64,000 nt of DNA, from positions 102,858,001 through 102,922,000 of the forward strand of contig NC_043003.1 in the NCBI RefSeq assembly GCF_006345805.1. Reading direction: 5' to 3'. The translations under genes were made by a program, and so were the position numbers. Positions 1 to 13,107 of the stretch are shown piece by piece. Each line of letters begins with the position of its first letter. Position 1 is the first letter of the stretch. This stretch comes from Octopus sinensis. Taxonomy: Eukaryota. The notes under the pieces were generated by a model. That model had not been told where the DNA came from. It searched no databases and saw only the letters and a program-made list of their open reading frames with translations.

Positions 1-1
1 G

Positions 2-54
<53 letters not shown>

Positions 55-115
55 TCATATATATGTATGTATATATATATTATATATTAAATATATATAT
101 ATATATATATATATA

Positions 116-163
<48 letters not shown>

Positions 164-165
164 TA

Positions 166-228
<63 letters not shown>
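1..228. repeat. (AT)n microsatellite
   Basis: Near-pure TA dinucleotide tract. Confidence 0.98.
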
Positions 229-231
<3 letters not shown>

Positions 232-499
232 TATGATATAGAAGGAGGTTAACTCTTCCTTCTGTAGAAGAAAAAATTCAAATCGGACCATGTTAACACC
301 AAAAATTATTTATATAAAAAAGGTGCCTTTTTTCTATGAAAATCCCTATTTTTTACGATGTTTTGACTGCTGTGTCGCCATTTATTCGGTGTATTTCACT
401 TAAAGAGAATAACAAGCTACATACTGCCAAATTTTTACTTTTCAAAATTCCAATTCTAAAGGGTTCTAAACAAATCGCAACGCCGGGTGATACTGCTAG
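229..499 (+). mobile_element. Non-autonomous Helitron, 3' part
   Basis: Ends gcaacgccgggtgatactgCTAG|t, matching the 3' termini at 7425 and 25287. No 5' TC end is visible. Confidence 0.6.
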
Positions 500-502
500 T
501 AC

Positions 503-510
<8 letters not shown>

Positions 511-592
<82 letters not shown>
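511..592. repeat. (GT)n microsatellite
   Basis: Pure GT tract. Confidence 0.98.
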
Positions 593-594
<2 letters not shown>

Positions 595-840
595 GCTCAT
601 AGAGAAGACAAGACATATTGTGTTCATAACAATCCCTCTTTTCATAATGATCTCCCTCTCCCTCTCTCTCTCTCTCTTCGCCCCCACTTTCTAGGCTTCA
701 CTCTCAGCTTCAATTCTAGTCATATATGTTCCGTATACTCAAACAACTTTCATTCAATTAACAAACGCATTGACACAAACATACCTGTGCATGTACTCAC
801 ATGTACTAATCCTGATTCAGGGATACATAGAAGCACACAC

Positions 841-877
<37 letters not shown>

Positions 878-1097
878 ACTCACACACAAAACATTTGATA
901 AAACAGTGTCTAAGCTGATGTCCATTGAGTTAGTGGTGCAAATGAAAAACAAGTACCAGGCTAGAAATAAAGTAACAGTTGTATCGATGGGATCCGCTAC
1001 AACCACTTATTGTGATGTGTCAGCATAGTCATAGCCCAGAAACTGCAAAAGGTAAAAGAATGCAGTAAATCAGTCGAACCCATTAAGTGTTAAGGTG

Positions 1098-1499
1098 ATG
1101 TTGTTTCTGGTTGTTGTTTCTGTTGCTGTTGAGCGAACGGTCTTCGTCCCAGAGCTCGCAAGACGGGAGAAGTCCAAAACGTGGTCCTTTGCTATTCGTA
1201 AGACCCGCAGAAGAGAAAGCAGGTCAACCCCGACACCGAAAACATCGACGGGTGGCTGTATGCGCATCCAGGCTCAGCGGTTGCGTAGGAAGTCGGGGAC
1301 AAGAAATAGGAAGAAAGAGTGAGAGAAATTTGGGGTGAAAGAGCACAACAGGGGTCGCCACCACCACCTACCGGAGTCACGTGGAGCTTTTTAGGTGTTT
1401 TCGCTCAATAAACACACGCAACGCCCAGTCTGGGAATCGAAATCATGACCCTCCGACTGCGAGTCCGCTGCCCTAACCACTGGGCCATTGCGCCTCCAC
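1098..1499 (-). mobile_element. tRNA-derived SINE, family R (OR-like), tail type A
   Basis: Minus strand begins gtggaggcgcaatggcccagtggttagggcagcggactcgc, with A box tggcccagtggtt and B box atttcgattcc. Head is shared with 8022, 16539 and 27651. Confidence 0.85.
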
Positions 1500-1625
1500 T
1501 GCTGTTGCTGCTGCTGCTGCTGCTGTCGCTGCTGCTGCTGCTGCTGCTAATGATGGTGATGATGATGATGATGATGATGATGATGACGACGACGACGACG
1601 ACGACGATCATGATCTTGATGATGA
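1500..1625. repeat. Compound (CTG)n(GAT)n(GAC)n tract
   Basis: Direct reading. Confidence 0.95.
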
Positions 1626-1639
1626 ATATATAATAATTG

Positions 1640-1790
1640 TTTCAAATTTTGACATGAGCCTTGCAATTTTGGGGAGGTTGGGTACTAGTCAATTACATCA
1701 ACCCCCAATTTTTGAGTGGTACTTACTTGATCGACACTGAAAGGACAAAACACAAAGGTGACCTCAGCAGAATTCAAACACAGAATGTCT
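1640..1790 (-). mobile_element. SINE family M (Meta-domain-like), degraded
   Basis: Reverse complement of the ctgagttcaaat...gaggtcgactttgcctttcatcctttc...gtaccag core seen in intact copies at 25651 and 59318. Confidence 0.6.
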
Positions 1791-3047
1791 GTCTATGACA
1801 AGGGAAGTGTTTGTTTTTGGTGCTAGATTGCCAGTTGTACATGTGACACCAATATATGATAAAGTATAGAGTTGATAACTACCATGTGGGCAGACAAATA
1901 CACATCTACATGTTACAACAATACATGATATAGTACAATGTTGACAACCACTATGTTTGCAGTGAAATTTGTATGTTAATTACTGTTGTATTTGGATGAC
2001 TCACCTAAATCTTAATTACAATACTGCCCTTCTCTGCCCTATTCTAGTACTGGGTATACGAGTATGGTTGTGTGATGTGAATGTATTTAGTGTGTTTTTT
2101 GTGTGGGTGTTAATTTTAGTTTTAGTCTATTGGTTTTCAGTTGAAACAGGTTTTAGTTTTTATGTTTTCTCTTTTTATTTTTAACTTGATCTCGGTATTG
2201 GTATCATGTATTTTATTTGATTATCTTCTATGAAACTCTTTTATCAGTTTTATAATAAGAATTTATGAGATTTTTCATTACAGACTATATGTCTGTCGAT
2301 GTGGGATGTTCTGTTTATTCCCTGATTGAATTCATAGACAGCTGTATCTACCAATTTGTTTGTAGATCCATTATTGATTGATAGCCAAGTGAACACCATA
2401 CCACATTCTGTTACAGTTTCAGAGGAGGGGACATTAAATAAACTCTTTCTAATAGATATTTAAGAATGGATATATTGCACTTCATAATGATTCATACACC
2501 TCTGAGCTATCATTCATACTATGCCTCATTTCTCAAATCTCTGCTTTAAATACCTTTTTTTTTATTTTTGCAAGTCCTTCCTTTCTAGAATTGCAACCCT
2601 CAGAAACTTTCTTTAAACCCACATTTTCCCTGCAAGCATCAATCCACAGAAATTCAGGGTGATCATCTTCAACCACATCGACTTCTGGGAGGACTTTTTA
2701 AGGGCAATACACTCAACCATGACCCTTTTTCCTAGACTAAATAATAAACAAGACATGATGTCATAAGGCAGTGCCAAAATTCAGCAGCTATTTGAAGATA
2801 AAAAGGTCCACAAAAAAATCAGGCAAGAATTCCTGAAAATGATCCTATTACTGCAGAGATATTGTACTATTTAATGAATATAGTGGAAACCAAACACTGA
2901 AAGTTAGAAAAACTGATGGACAGTAATTGGACTTTAATTAGAAATAGGTATTTAATACTAGATGAATCCCAGAGTAGCAATTTCAGGTCTCCATCATCAT
3001 CATCATCATAATCATCATCATAGGTACCATTACTACCATCTACATCA

Positions 3048-3460
3048 CTGGCTGTGTGGTAAGTAGCTTGCTAACCAACCACATGGTTCCGGGTTCAGTC
3101 CCACTGTGTGGCATCTTGGGCAAGTGTCTTCTGCTATAGCCCCGGGCCGACCAATGCCTTGTGAGTGGATTTGGTAGACGGAAACTGAAAGAAGCCTGTC
3201 GTATATATGTATATATATATATATGTATGTGTGTGTATGTGTTTGTGTGTCTGTGTTTGTCCCCCTAACATTGCTTGACAACCGATGCTGGCTGGTATAT
3301 TTACGTCCCCGTCACTTAGCGGTTCGGCAAAAGAGACCGATAGAATAAGTACTGGGCTTACAAAGAATAAGTCCCGGGGTCGATTTGCTCGACTAAAGGC
3401 GGTGCTCCAGCATGGCCGCAGTCATATGACTGAAACAAGTAAAAGAGTAAAGAGTAAAAG
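3048..3460 (+). mobile_element. tRNA-derived SINE, family K, full length
   Basis: ggctgtgtggtaag...gggttcagtccc head, cttgggcaagtgtcttct central domain, internal (AT/GT)n, 3' tail gactgaaacaagtaaaagag. Many copies in window. Confidence 0.85.
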
Positions 3461-3462
3461 AG

Positions 3463-3505
<43 letters not shown>

Positions 3506-3524
3506 ATTTCTATATTTACATATT

Positions 3525-3735
3525 TTTTCTCTTTTAATTGTTTCAGTCATTAGACTGCGGCCATGCTGGAGCACTGCCTTGAAGAATTTTAATCAAAACT
3601 TATTGGCCCCATTACTTATTATTTTTTGTAAGTGTGCTACTTATTCTCTCAGTTGCTTTTGCCAAACCACTAGGTTATGGGGATGTAAACACATCAACAC
3701 TTTGTCAATTGGTGGTGGGGGGACAAACACAGAAA
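3525..3735 (-). mobile_element. SINE family K, 3' half
   Basis: Reverse complement of the 3250-3450 tail (tgtttcagtcat..gactgcggccatgctggagcac). Confidence 0.8.
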
Positions 3736-3763
3736 CACACACACACACACACATAAAGAAGTG

Positions 3764-3806
<43 letters not shown>

Positions 3807-3814
3807 CATCATCA

Positions 3815-3940
3815 TTCTCATCATCATCATCATCATTACCATTTAACATCTGCTCTTCATGGAGCTGGTTAGCAGGGTGCTGTCCAGACTCCAACTGCCT
3901 GTTTAGGCATGGTTTCTATGGCTGGATGCCCTTCCTAACG
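3815..3940 (-). mobile_element. RTE-like LINE 3' tail
   Basis: (CAT)n followed by atttaac...ttctatggctggatgcccttccta, the same tail as 9716 and 13108. Confidence 0.65.
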
Positions 3941-4259
3941 TGATAGATAGATGGATAGATAGATAGATAGATTGATAGCTACATATATACATATACACAC
4001 ACATACATACATACATGCAGACAGAAAGACAGACAGACAGACGTACGTACATAGAAGTAGATTTGGTGATCTAAAAGCTGAGTTATTTCTTGTAACAAAT
4101 ATATTTTTATTACTAATTACCGAAAATCTTCCCGTTGGGAAGCAGATTTCAAAGATCAAATCCATTTTTCTCAAGGACACGTCATTTTGGAGCCTTTACA
4201 TGATATACATATATACATACACACATACACTCTCATTTATATACTAGATATATATATAT

Positions 4260-4315
4260 ATACATATACTTATAGAATGTGTGTATGTGTGTGTATATAA
4301 ATATAACTGTGTGTG

Positions 4316-4358
<43 letters not shown>

Positions 4359-4465
4359 AGTGAATTGAAGAAATGGAGTTGAACGAAGATTGAACAGAAA
4401 TCGTTTTATTGCATTCTACACGTGTTTAATCTGCAACAAGATTATTCATCTTTCTATTTCACCAA

Positions 4466-4496
<31 letters not shown>

Positions 4497-4555
4497 ATAT
4501 AATATATATATATATAAATATATGTGTGTGTGTCTATATATATATATATATATAA

Positions 4556-4634
<79 letters not shown>

Positions 4635-4635
4635 A
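4260..4635. repeat. (AT)n-rich tracts
   Basis: Direct reading. Confidence 0.95.
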
Positions 4636-4679
4636 TTATCTAATTCTGATGAGCATAAAGTTATATAATCAGATTCTTA

Positions 4680-6205
4680 CCTAACACTCCCTTGTAGACT
4701 TTGCGTGAAACCGATTGGTATGTTCAGCCGTGATGGACATATAATACTGTACATTTTGGATAATATACCCACTCTACTGACAGATATACAAGTGCATCTT
4801 TTCCCTGACTCATGGTCTCTTAGAAGACTCACGCATGTATGTGTGTGTGTGTGTGTGTATAACGCACACATGAGCTGTCCTCCATGCCTGATTCTTGCCA
4901 GCCCACACCTTCCACACCCTCAGAGTTGGCACATTGAAAGATAGGTCTGGTGAGATTGCTGAGGTGCTTGTATGGAGGTATATAGATTTATGCTGCATCC
5001 AAGAGGTAAATTGGAGAGGAGGTCTTGCTAAGTTCCTCACAGGCAAAGGTCATAGGTATAAGATTTTCTGAATAGAGAACAATGATGTTGTTGGGGGCGT
5101 GTGTATACTCCTTACTGAGAAAAGGGTTGATAAGGTAATTAAAGTAGTCAGTCTGTGATAGAATACTTAAGCTTAAACTAATACTGCAACATGGAATAGC
5201 AACCATTACCTTGGCCTATGCCCTTCAGCCTGGGCTGACTGGTGAACAGAAAGACCGATTTTATGACACCCTCTTGCAGACTACCTTGTCGATGAATGAC
5301 ATGGACCTTCTCTTTGTGGCTGGTGACTTCAATTGGCTTATTGGACAACATCCAGGGAGCTTCTATAGTGTAAATGGAAATGGGAGCTTCCATGGTGTGC
5401 ATGGTGGCAATGGATTTGGTTCCCACAATGAAGAGGTAACCAGGCTGCTGGAGTTCTGTGATGCAAATGATCTTATGGTTTGTAATACTAACTTCAGGAA
5501 ATCTGCCAGTCACCTGTTCACCTACAAGTCCTGTAGATAACCAGTGTGGAAAAGAAGAGTTTGGAAACTTAAGCATCCTCTGAATGGACAGAGATTTAGA
5601 GATGTATTACTTGAAGCTTTTGATGAAAAAGAGGAAGATATAGCATCACATAAGGTGAAGGACAACCGGAGGTTCCTATGCGACAACCTGTTTAGGGCTA
5701 CTGACCAGATCTGTGACTGGTGCAAAGTCCCCTCTCGACCTAAGGTGACATGGTGGTGGAACAACACAGTTGACAGGGCCATTAGGGAAAAGAAACAGGC
5801 CTGGAAGGATTGAAAGTGTGGTGGTAGTGGGGAAGTGTATCAGATGGCCAGAAGGGAAGTTAGGAGAGAGGTTTACTTAGCCAGAGGGGAAGCAGAAAAG
5901 AAGAGAGTTACCAATTTTCTGTGACATGAGGATTAAAGACTTGAAGTGTTTCGAATTGCAAGACAGTGTGTGAGAGAAAATCACGATGTCATTGGAGAGA
6001 AGTGTGTCCACATGGATGATGGCTCACTTGCATTTTATGATGCTGCAAAGAAAGAGGCTTGGAGACACCACTATGAAAGGTTGTTAAATGAAGAGAACGA
6101 ATGGGAGAAAGAGAATTTGGCAAATGTTGACCCAAGAGAAGCGCCATCCAACCCACGCCAGCAAGGAAAGCAGACGTTAAATGATGATGATGATGATGAT
6201 AATGA
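4680..6205 (+). mobile_element. RTE-clade LINE, internally deleted and degenerate
   Basis: APE motifs (AYALQPG; LFVAGDFN; LLEFCDANDLMVCNTNFRK), post-APE WKRRVWKLK and TWWWN, then a jump to the family 3' tail ccaaccc.....ggaaagcagacgttaaat(gat)n. Confidence 0.85.
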
Positions 6206-6384
6206 TACACACACACATACATACATACATACATACATACATAAACAAACCTACACACATGAGCATTCATATATAAATGCATACAAAATGTGAAGATCAA
6301 AATATAAGACATTAAAGTGATGATGGTATACTCAACCATAAAATGAAAGAATACTTGTGGAATGTTCCTGTCAAAGTTATTTAA

Positions 6385-6621
6385 CCCCTTTTGTTACCAT
6401 TATTCTGTTGGAATACTCTGCTTTGTTCTAATTAGTTTTCAAAATAATGAGGAATTTTGTCAAATAACTTTGTTCCTATTTATCTGATGTTTTGCACATT
6501 AATTCATGTGAAGTTTTGATGGAAGGCCTTAATTTACAATCACTTTTAATTTATAATCATTTTAAAAGAAGTTTGTATCATCGAAGTAGGGGTGGTCTCG
6601 AATGGATTGGTATCAAGAGGA
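6385..6621. mobile_element. piggyBac-like MITE
   Basis: TTAA at 6381-6384 and 6622-6625. Imperfect TIRs ccccttttgttacca / tggtatcaagagga. Confidence 0.6.
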
Positions 6622-7034
6622 TTAAAGGATTAAAATTTAAGCACCATAGACCAGATGTAATTATATAGGAGAGGGAAATCTAATTGTGTAGAGTAGTAGG
6701 TTAGATCAGAGATCTTATCATAGGCTGTTTTATGGTTGAATGGTCAGTGACTAAACTGGCTCCCCACTTGAGTAGCTTGCTATTCTTGTGTGGAAGCTAT
6801 TTGGACAGCAAGCAGGGCTGAAAACAAGACCTATAGAAGGCTTGATGAGATCCTTGTGGGCCAACAGCCATCCAGTTGGCTAAGTCATAATGAAGTGATA
6901 CTATGGCTTCATCCAATGGGAGAACTTGCACTTAATTCAGAAATCTTTCATTACAGTGTCATCAACAAGCTGTAAATGTATACGATATATGCCAATGAAG
7001 GGTAGAAATTAGTAATTACCTGCATAGGAACATA

Positions 7035-7425
7035 TCTTTATATATATAAGTGAAGGTGTGTCTGTCTCCTACGATTTAGATTCCTAACTACTCCCACATT
7101 TTGCGGTGCAGTTTAACCAAAACCGAGTATCTTATAGTCGTGATTCATATCGAGCCCTTCTGGGTATTAGCGCGCGTCTACGATGAGTCTACAATTTAAA
7201 AAAAAATTTACCATTAATTTTTCCCATTTTTAATCCATTTTTGGCATATATAAGGGAAGTAACTCTCTAAAAATTTATTATTAAATCTCAGAACGTAAAA
7301 AGCTACAGTAACCCCCCCCCTTTGTGGTTAGCCATATTGAGATGGCTATTATACTTTACATCTCTGAAAATGCTTATATAGTTATTTCCCTTACAAACCC
7401 GAGCAACACCGGGCGATACTGCTAG
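7035..7425 (+). mobile_element. Non-autonomous Helitron, complete
   Basis: a|TCTTTATATATA... 5' end. 3' hairpin cccg-agcaacac-cggg then CTAG|t. A|T insertion site with no TSD. Confidence 0.85.
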
Positions 7426-7554
7426 TTACTAATAATGAATGAAAATGAAGGCATCAATGAGAAATCTGCAAAGACTACACCCAGTCTATAAATTTAGATC
7501 TATACCTGTTAATATTATGGCACTTAATAGGGCAGTGATCTGGAAGAATCATTT

Positions 7555-7750
7555 GCATGCTGGGTAAAATGGTTAGTGGTATTTCGTTTATCTTTACATT
7601 CTGAGTTCAAATGCCACCAAGGCCATCTTTACTGTTCATCCTTTAGGGGTCAATAGAATAAGTACAAACTGAAAACTGGGTTCAACAATAATTGACTTAC
7701 CCACTCACCTGAAATTGCTGGCCTTGTGAACAAAATTTGAAAGTAGTATT
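7555..7750 (+). mobile_element. SINE family M, degraded
   Basis: ctgagttcaaatgcc...gttcatcctttaggggtcaatagaataagtac core. Confidence 0.7.
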
Positions 7751-8021
7751 ATGGTAGTTGATAAAGTAGCCAACTACTTTGGCATCAATCCTGAGAAGCT
7801 GGAATTCACAAAACCCATAAAAGACATGGAGAGTCAACAAAATTAAAAGTACAAGCCATAAATGGAACTGTGGAAATATATATAAAAAAACTCATCCAGA
7901 AATTTAAGCTGTCTGCTTGTACATATAAGGCATTTATAAACATTTGAAAATATATAAATGTACATACATATGTGAAAACATGCAGATTTATATATGTAAT
8001 TAGATACATACAATTATGTGT

Positions 8022-8407
8022 GGAAGCACTCCATCAGTTACGACGATGAGGGTTCTGGTTGATCCGAATCAACGGAACATCCTGCTCGTGAAATTAACGT
8101 GTAAGTGGCTGAGCACTCCACAGACACATGTACCCTTAACGTAGTTCTTGGGGATATTCAGCGTGACACAGAGAGTGACAAGGCCGGCCCTTTGAAATAC
8201 AGGTACAACAGAAACAGGAAGTAAGGGTGAGAGAAAGTTGTGGTGAAATAGTACAGCAGGGATCACCACCATCCCCTGCCGGAGCCTCGTGGAGCTTTAG
8301 GTGTTTTCGCTCAATAAACACTCACAACGCCCGGTCTGGGAATCGAAACCGCGATCTTATGACCGCAAGTCCACTGCCCTAACCACTGGGCCAATGCGCC
8401 TCCAATG
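8022..8407 (-). mobile_element. SINE family R, tail type B, with TSD
   Basis: Same tRNA-like head as 1098. 13-bp TSD tacaattatgtgt at 8009-8021 and 8408-8420. Confidence 0.9.
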
Positions 8408-8534
8408 TACAATTATGTGTACAAACATATGTATAAGCATGTATGCACATACATACATGTGTCCATGCATGCATGTTTGACATACCTGCATGCGTAACTT
8501 GACAGTAGTTTCACTGTGTCAAGGACGTAAGCTC

Positions 8535-8700
8535 AGTCATGGCTAAGTGGTTAAGAAGTTCACTTGCCAATCATGTAGTTTCTGGTTCACTCTCATTACA
8601 TGGTACCTTGGGTGAATGTTCACTACTATAGCCTGTTACTAACCGAAGGCTTGTGAATGGATTTACAAGACAAACTGATAGTAGCCCATCTTATACATGT
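8535..8700 (+). mobile_element. SINE family K, degraded 5' half
   Basis: catggctaagtggttaagaag...ccttgggtgaatgt. Confidence 0.6.
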
Positions 8701-8939
8701 GTGTGTGTCTGCATGTAAGTATGTGTGCAAATGAGTGCATATTTCCCTTATCTCCATGTATGTTTGCTGCTTGTAATCGATTTCCAGTTCTCCATGTAAA
8801 GCATGGGTGCATTGTTAGATGTTTGCTAGACTCAGAGACTGGAAACAGGTGTATGTTGGCATCAGGAAAGGTATCCAGGTGTAGCAGACTCTGCTCCGAT
8901 GTCTGAGCCATGCAAGCATGGGACACTAGCCATTAAAAT

Positions 8940-9075
8940 ACATGATGATGATGGTGATGATGGTGGTAGTAATGATGATGATGACAACAATAATGACATC
9001 GGCGATGATGGTGACAATGATGATGATGATGATGATGGTGATGACGATGATGATGATGATGATGATGATGATGAC
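8940..9075. repeat. (GAT)n-type microsatellite
   Basis: Direct reading. Confidence 0.95.
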
Positions 9076-9712
9076 TAAGGCTATCTATATTATATAATGT
9101 AACACTATGTAGCTATATTTGAATACAATAAGCTATATTTGAAAAGACAGGGTTGTCATGACTGCAATGTCTTTGATTCTTAGCCTACTTGACCAAGGCT
9201 AACTTGGTGATAAGTAGAAGCAACAGACACATACTTACACATTGTGTCTATTTGTCCAGTCAACAGCTACACATGCAAAAAAAGAAGGAAACATATGTGA
9301 TCACATGTCCAAGTAGAAATAGCAGCCAAATTCCTCAAACGACCATCTTAAAAAGGAAAAGACATTGTGCAAAGAAGTCTTACATATTCCAACAAAAATG
9401 GCTGGAACAACTTTGATTATAGGTCTATTGATGAGGATGAAAGGCTAAGAGGACCTCAACAGAATTTGGATGCAGAATGTGAAGATGTGCAAAATGCCGC
9501 TAAGCATTTCACCTAGCATGTTGGCAATTCTGGCAGCCCCCCCCCCCACCTTAAAACTCTCTTAGTATATTGACAACGTCTACTGACTGTGTCTCTTTAT
9601 TAAGTGAACGTCTTCACACTGTATCTATCTTTTATATCTATACGTAATATCTTCCATTCAGTGAACATTTATACATTGTTTCTTTAATCAACAACTTACA
9701 TATGCATACTGT

Positions 9713-9715
<3 letters not shown>

Positions 9716-9747
<32 letters not shown>

Positions 9748-10690
9748 TTAGCGTCCGCTTTCCATGCTAGCATGGGTTGGACGGTTCAACTGGGGTCTGG
9801 GAAGCCATGAAGGCTGCACCAGGCCCAGTCTGATCTGGCAATGTTTCTACGGCTGGATGCCCTTCCTAATGCCAACCACCACGTGAGTGTAGTGGGTGCT
9901 TTTTACGTGCCACTGGCACAGGTGCCAGACGGGGCTGGCAAACGGCCATGGTCAGATGGTTCACTTACATGCCACCGGTACTGGTATCATAGCTACAATT
10001 TCCATTGATGTTGATCAATTTCAATTTTGATTTTCACTTGCCTCAACAGGTCTTCACAAGTAGAATTTTGTGTCCCAAGAAGGAAAGGTATGCATAAGTG
10101 GACTGGCTACATCCCAGGTAGATGCCATGGGTTATGGTCTCACTTGTCCTGCCGGGTCTTCTCACGCACAGCATACTTCCATAGGTCTTGGTCTCTAGTC
10201 ATTTCCTTGGTGAGACCTAAAGTTCGAAGGTCGTGCTTTACCACCTCGTCCCAGGTTCCCTCAACCACTAGGGTGTGGCACTTTTTCACACAACTATCTT
10301 CATCCATTCTCGTCACATGACCATACCAGCACAAACGTCTCTCTTGCACACCAAAACTGATGCTTCTTAGGCCCAACTTTTCTCTCAAGGTACTTACACT
10401 CTGTCAAGTATGCACACTGACATTACACATCCATCGGATCATACTGGCTTCATTTCTTGCGAGTTTACGCATATCCTCAGCAGTCACGGCCCATGTTTCA
10501 CTACCATGTAGCATGGCTGTTCGTACACATGCGTCATACAGTCTACTTTTTACTCTGAGCGAGAGGCCTTTTGTCACCAGCAGGGGTAAGAGCTCTCAGA
10601 ACTTTGCCCAGGCTATTCTTACTCTAGCAGTTACACTTTCAGCACATCCACCCCGGCTACTGACTTGGTCACCTAGGTAACGGAAGCTAT
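9716..10690 (-). mobile_element. RTE-clade LINE 3' fragment
   Basis: Minus-strand remnants YLGDQV, RLYDACVRTAMLHGSETW, RRLCWYGHVTRMDEDSCVKK and TWDEVVKHDL, then 3' UTR and (gat)n tail. Confidence 0.9.
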
Positions 10691-11089
10691 CAACTATTTC
10701 TAGTTTTTCTCCCTGGAATCTATTTATATAATCAGATATAATTATGTATCTATTTATATAATCAACATCCATAAACTATCTATCTAACCAGCATCTAACA
10801 TTGTTTCCTCTCGGCTTTCTATCCACTCAACATCTACCCACTGTTTCAGTCTATCCAGCCAACATCATACACATTACCTATATCTCTCTAGTCAACATTT
10901 ACATTGTAAAACTGTTTCTCTGCACAGCAACATGATGTTGTGCCTATTTATCGAACCAATGTCTACATATAGTGCCATCTATCAAGTCAACATCTACACA
11001 CTGTTTCTATCTTTCTAAACAACATCTACACTCTGCATCTATTTATCCAGTCAACATCTATATATTTTGTCTATCCAATCAACAACTTC

Positions 11090-11530
11090 ACCAAGCTTAC
11101 TTCCCAACCACATGGTCCTGGGTTCAGTCCCACTGAGTGGCATCTTGGGCAAGTGTCTTCTACTATAGTCTCAGTGGATTTTGTAGACAGAAAATGAATG
11201 AAGCCTGTCGTGTGTGTGTGTGTGTGTGTGCGTGCATGCGTGCATATGCATGCGTGTGCACATGTGTGTGTGTGCGCATATGCATGTGTGTGTGCATGTG
11301 TGTGTATGTGTTTGTGTGTGTTTGTGTCTGTCTATTTCCTCTCCACTGCTTGACAACTGGTGTTGGTGTGTTTACGTCCCCATAACTTAGTAATTCAGCA
11401 AAAGGTGCTAATAGAATAAGTCTCAGGTTTAATAAAATAGTACTGGGACTGATTCATTCAACTAAAAATTCTTTAAGGCAGTGCCCCAGCATGGACACAT
11501 TCTAATGACTGAAACAAGTAAAGGATAAAC
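11090..11530 (+). mobile_element. SINE family K
   Basis: Collinear with 3048-3460. Confidence 0.8.
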
Positions 11531-11793
11531 GATATGTTTTTCTACCAAGTCAAATACACACTCATCTATTTATTTGTTGAGCCAGAATTTCTCTATAGTG
11601 TCACTCTGTCCAGCTTACAGCTTCTATGCTGTGTGATTATGCTCCATCAGTGACAAAGATACATCTGCTGCATTTACCAAGAACCATCGCTAAAATTTAA
11701 CAAACCAAACATAGAGTCTAGAAAAGTAATTCCCAGAAAACTTTCCAAAAGGAAAGACACCATGGATAAAATCTCTGCTTTTGAATTAGAGGT

Positions 11794-12877
11794 AATTTAC
11801 TTTTATATTTAGTGGGTTTGGGGAAAGGGGTGGTAGTCATGGTCTTTGCAGACCCTCCAAGACTGGTGATAAAAATGCCATTAACATTTCTGTTATAGTA
11901 TTTATGGATTTGCATTATTGTTTAGCCTCAGAACAGCCCTGATCTAAGAGTTACGATCAAAGACATTCTAGCAATGGCCATACTCTCCAAGATAAAGTCT
12001 CTTTTCTCCAAGATAAAGTCTGTAGGACTACGTTATACCATAGATCCTTCCATTTTAAAGTCAATAGTATGTAATTAGGAGGAGATTTGGGTACTATTTC
12101 ATGCAGGTTGAGGCTTTCTTTTTGGACTGTGCTTGTGTTTATACATGTGTGTATGTGTGTCTGTGTGTGTGTGTGACAATGATGATGACAGCAGATGAGC
12201 AGTGGTAGTGGTGATGGTGGTGGTGGTGGTTGTAGTGGTAATGGCGATGATGATGGTGATGATTATAATGATGATCATGGTGATGATTATAATGATGATG
12301 ATGGTGATGATTATAATGATGATGACAACAATGATGATTATGATGGTGGTAGTGGTAGCAGCGGTGGTGGTTATGGTGATTGCAATGATGATGACTATGG
12401 TCGCGGTGGCAGCAGCAGTACTGGTGGTGGCGGCAGCAGCGGTGGTGGTGATGATGATAACCATGACAACAAAGATGACAGCAAAGATAATCCCCTCTGT
12501 TGCTTGATTTATCTCTCTATTCACCAGCATTGAATATGTATATCAATATCTAAATTTGTAAACCTTGCCATTGATACATTGCTATGACAATAAATGGATG
12601 TTAAAATATGAAAATAAATAATGTGAAAGAGAATGTCACCAACCTAATATAGAAGGAGAAAGAAGACAAATATGAAACTGTGCAGAAATGAGTCACTCAA
12701 GAACTAGGTTCATTGGAATGGTGTGCTTCATTACTGCAAACAGTGGCAGCACTGTTAAATGTATAAGTGTCTCACTGATGTGATCAGCCTGGTGCACCTT
12801 TGATCAGTCTTGGAGGGCCTGCAAAGACCATGACCACCACCCCTTTCTCCAAACCCATTAAATATAAAACTAAACTA
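11794..12877. repeat. About 70-bp inverted repeat pair (11794-11864 / 12805-12877)
   Basis: cagtcttggaggg(t/c)ctgcaaagaccatgac...aaatataaaa on opposite strands, 5 mismatches in 70 bp. Confidence 0.9.
12178..12490. repeat. Compound GAT/GGT/GCA trinucleotide tract
   Basis: Direct reading. It accounts for the three overlapping low-complexity ORFs. Confidence 0.9.
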
Positions 12878-12939
12878 AGCCAGTGTTGAGTTTAGTTTCA
12901 TTTTTATAGTGTTTAGTGTTTATCTTTTGTTTCAGTTAT

Positions 12940-13060
12940 CAAATAAATTGACCCCAGTACTTATTCTGTCAGTCTCTTTCACCAAGCCACTAGTCACAAG
13001 GATGTAAACAAAGCAACACCAATTGTCAAGCAGGGAGATGAACACGCACAAACACACACA
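12940..13060 (-). mobile_element. SINE family K fragment
   Basis: gaccccagtacttattc...gatgtaaacaaagcaacacc...gtcaagc. Confidence 0.6.
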
Positions 13061-13107
13061 CATACACATAAAACAGGATTTGCCCAATGATATAGAAATT
13101 CATATAC

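Noticed and set aside
957-1042. Minus-strand acceptor ttcttttaccttttgcag followed by a short frame
   Set aside because: All three frames close within 15 codons. It could be a terminal exon, but nothing supports that.
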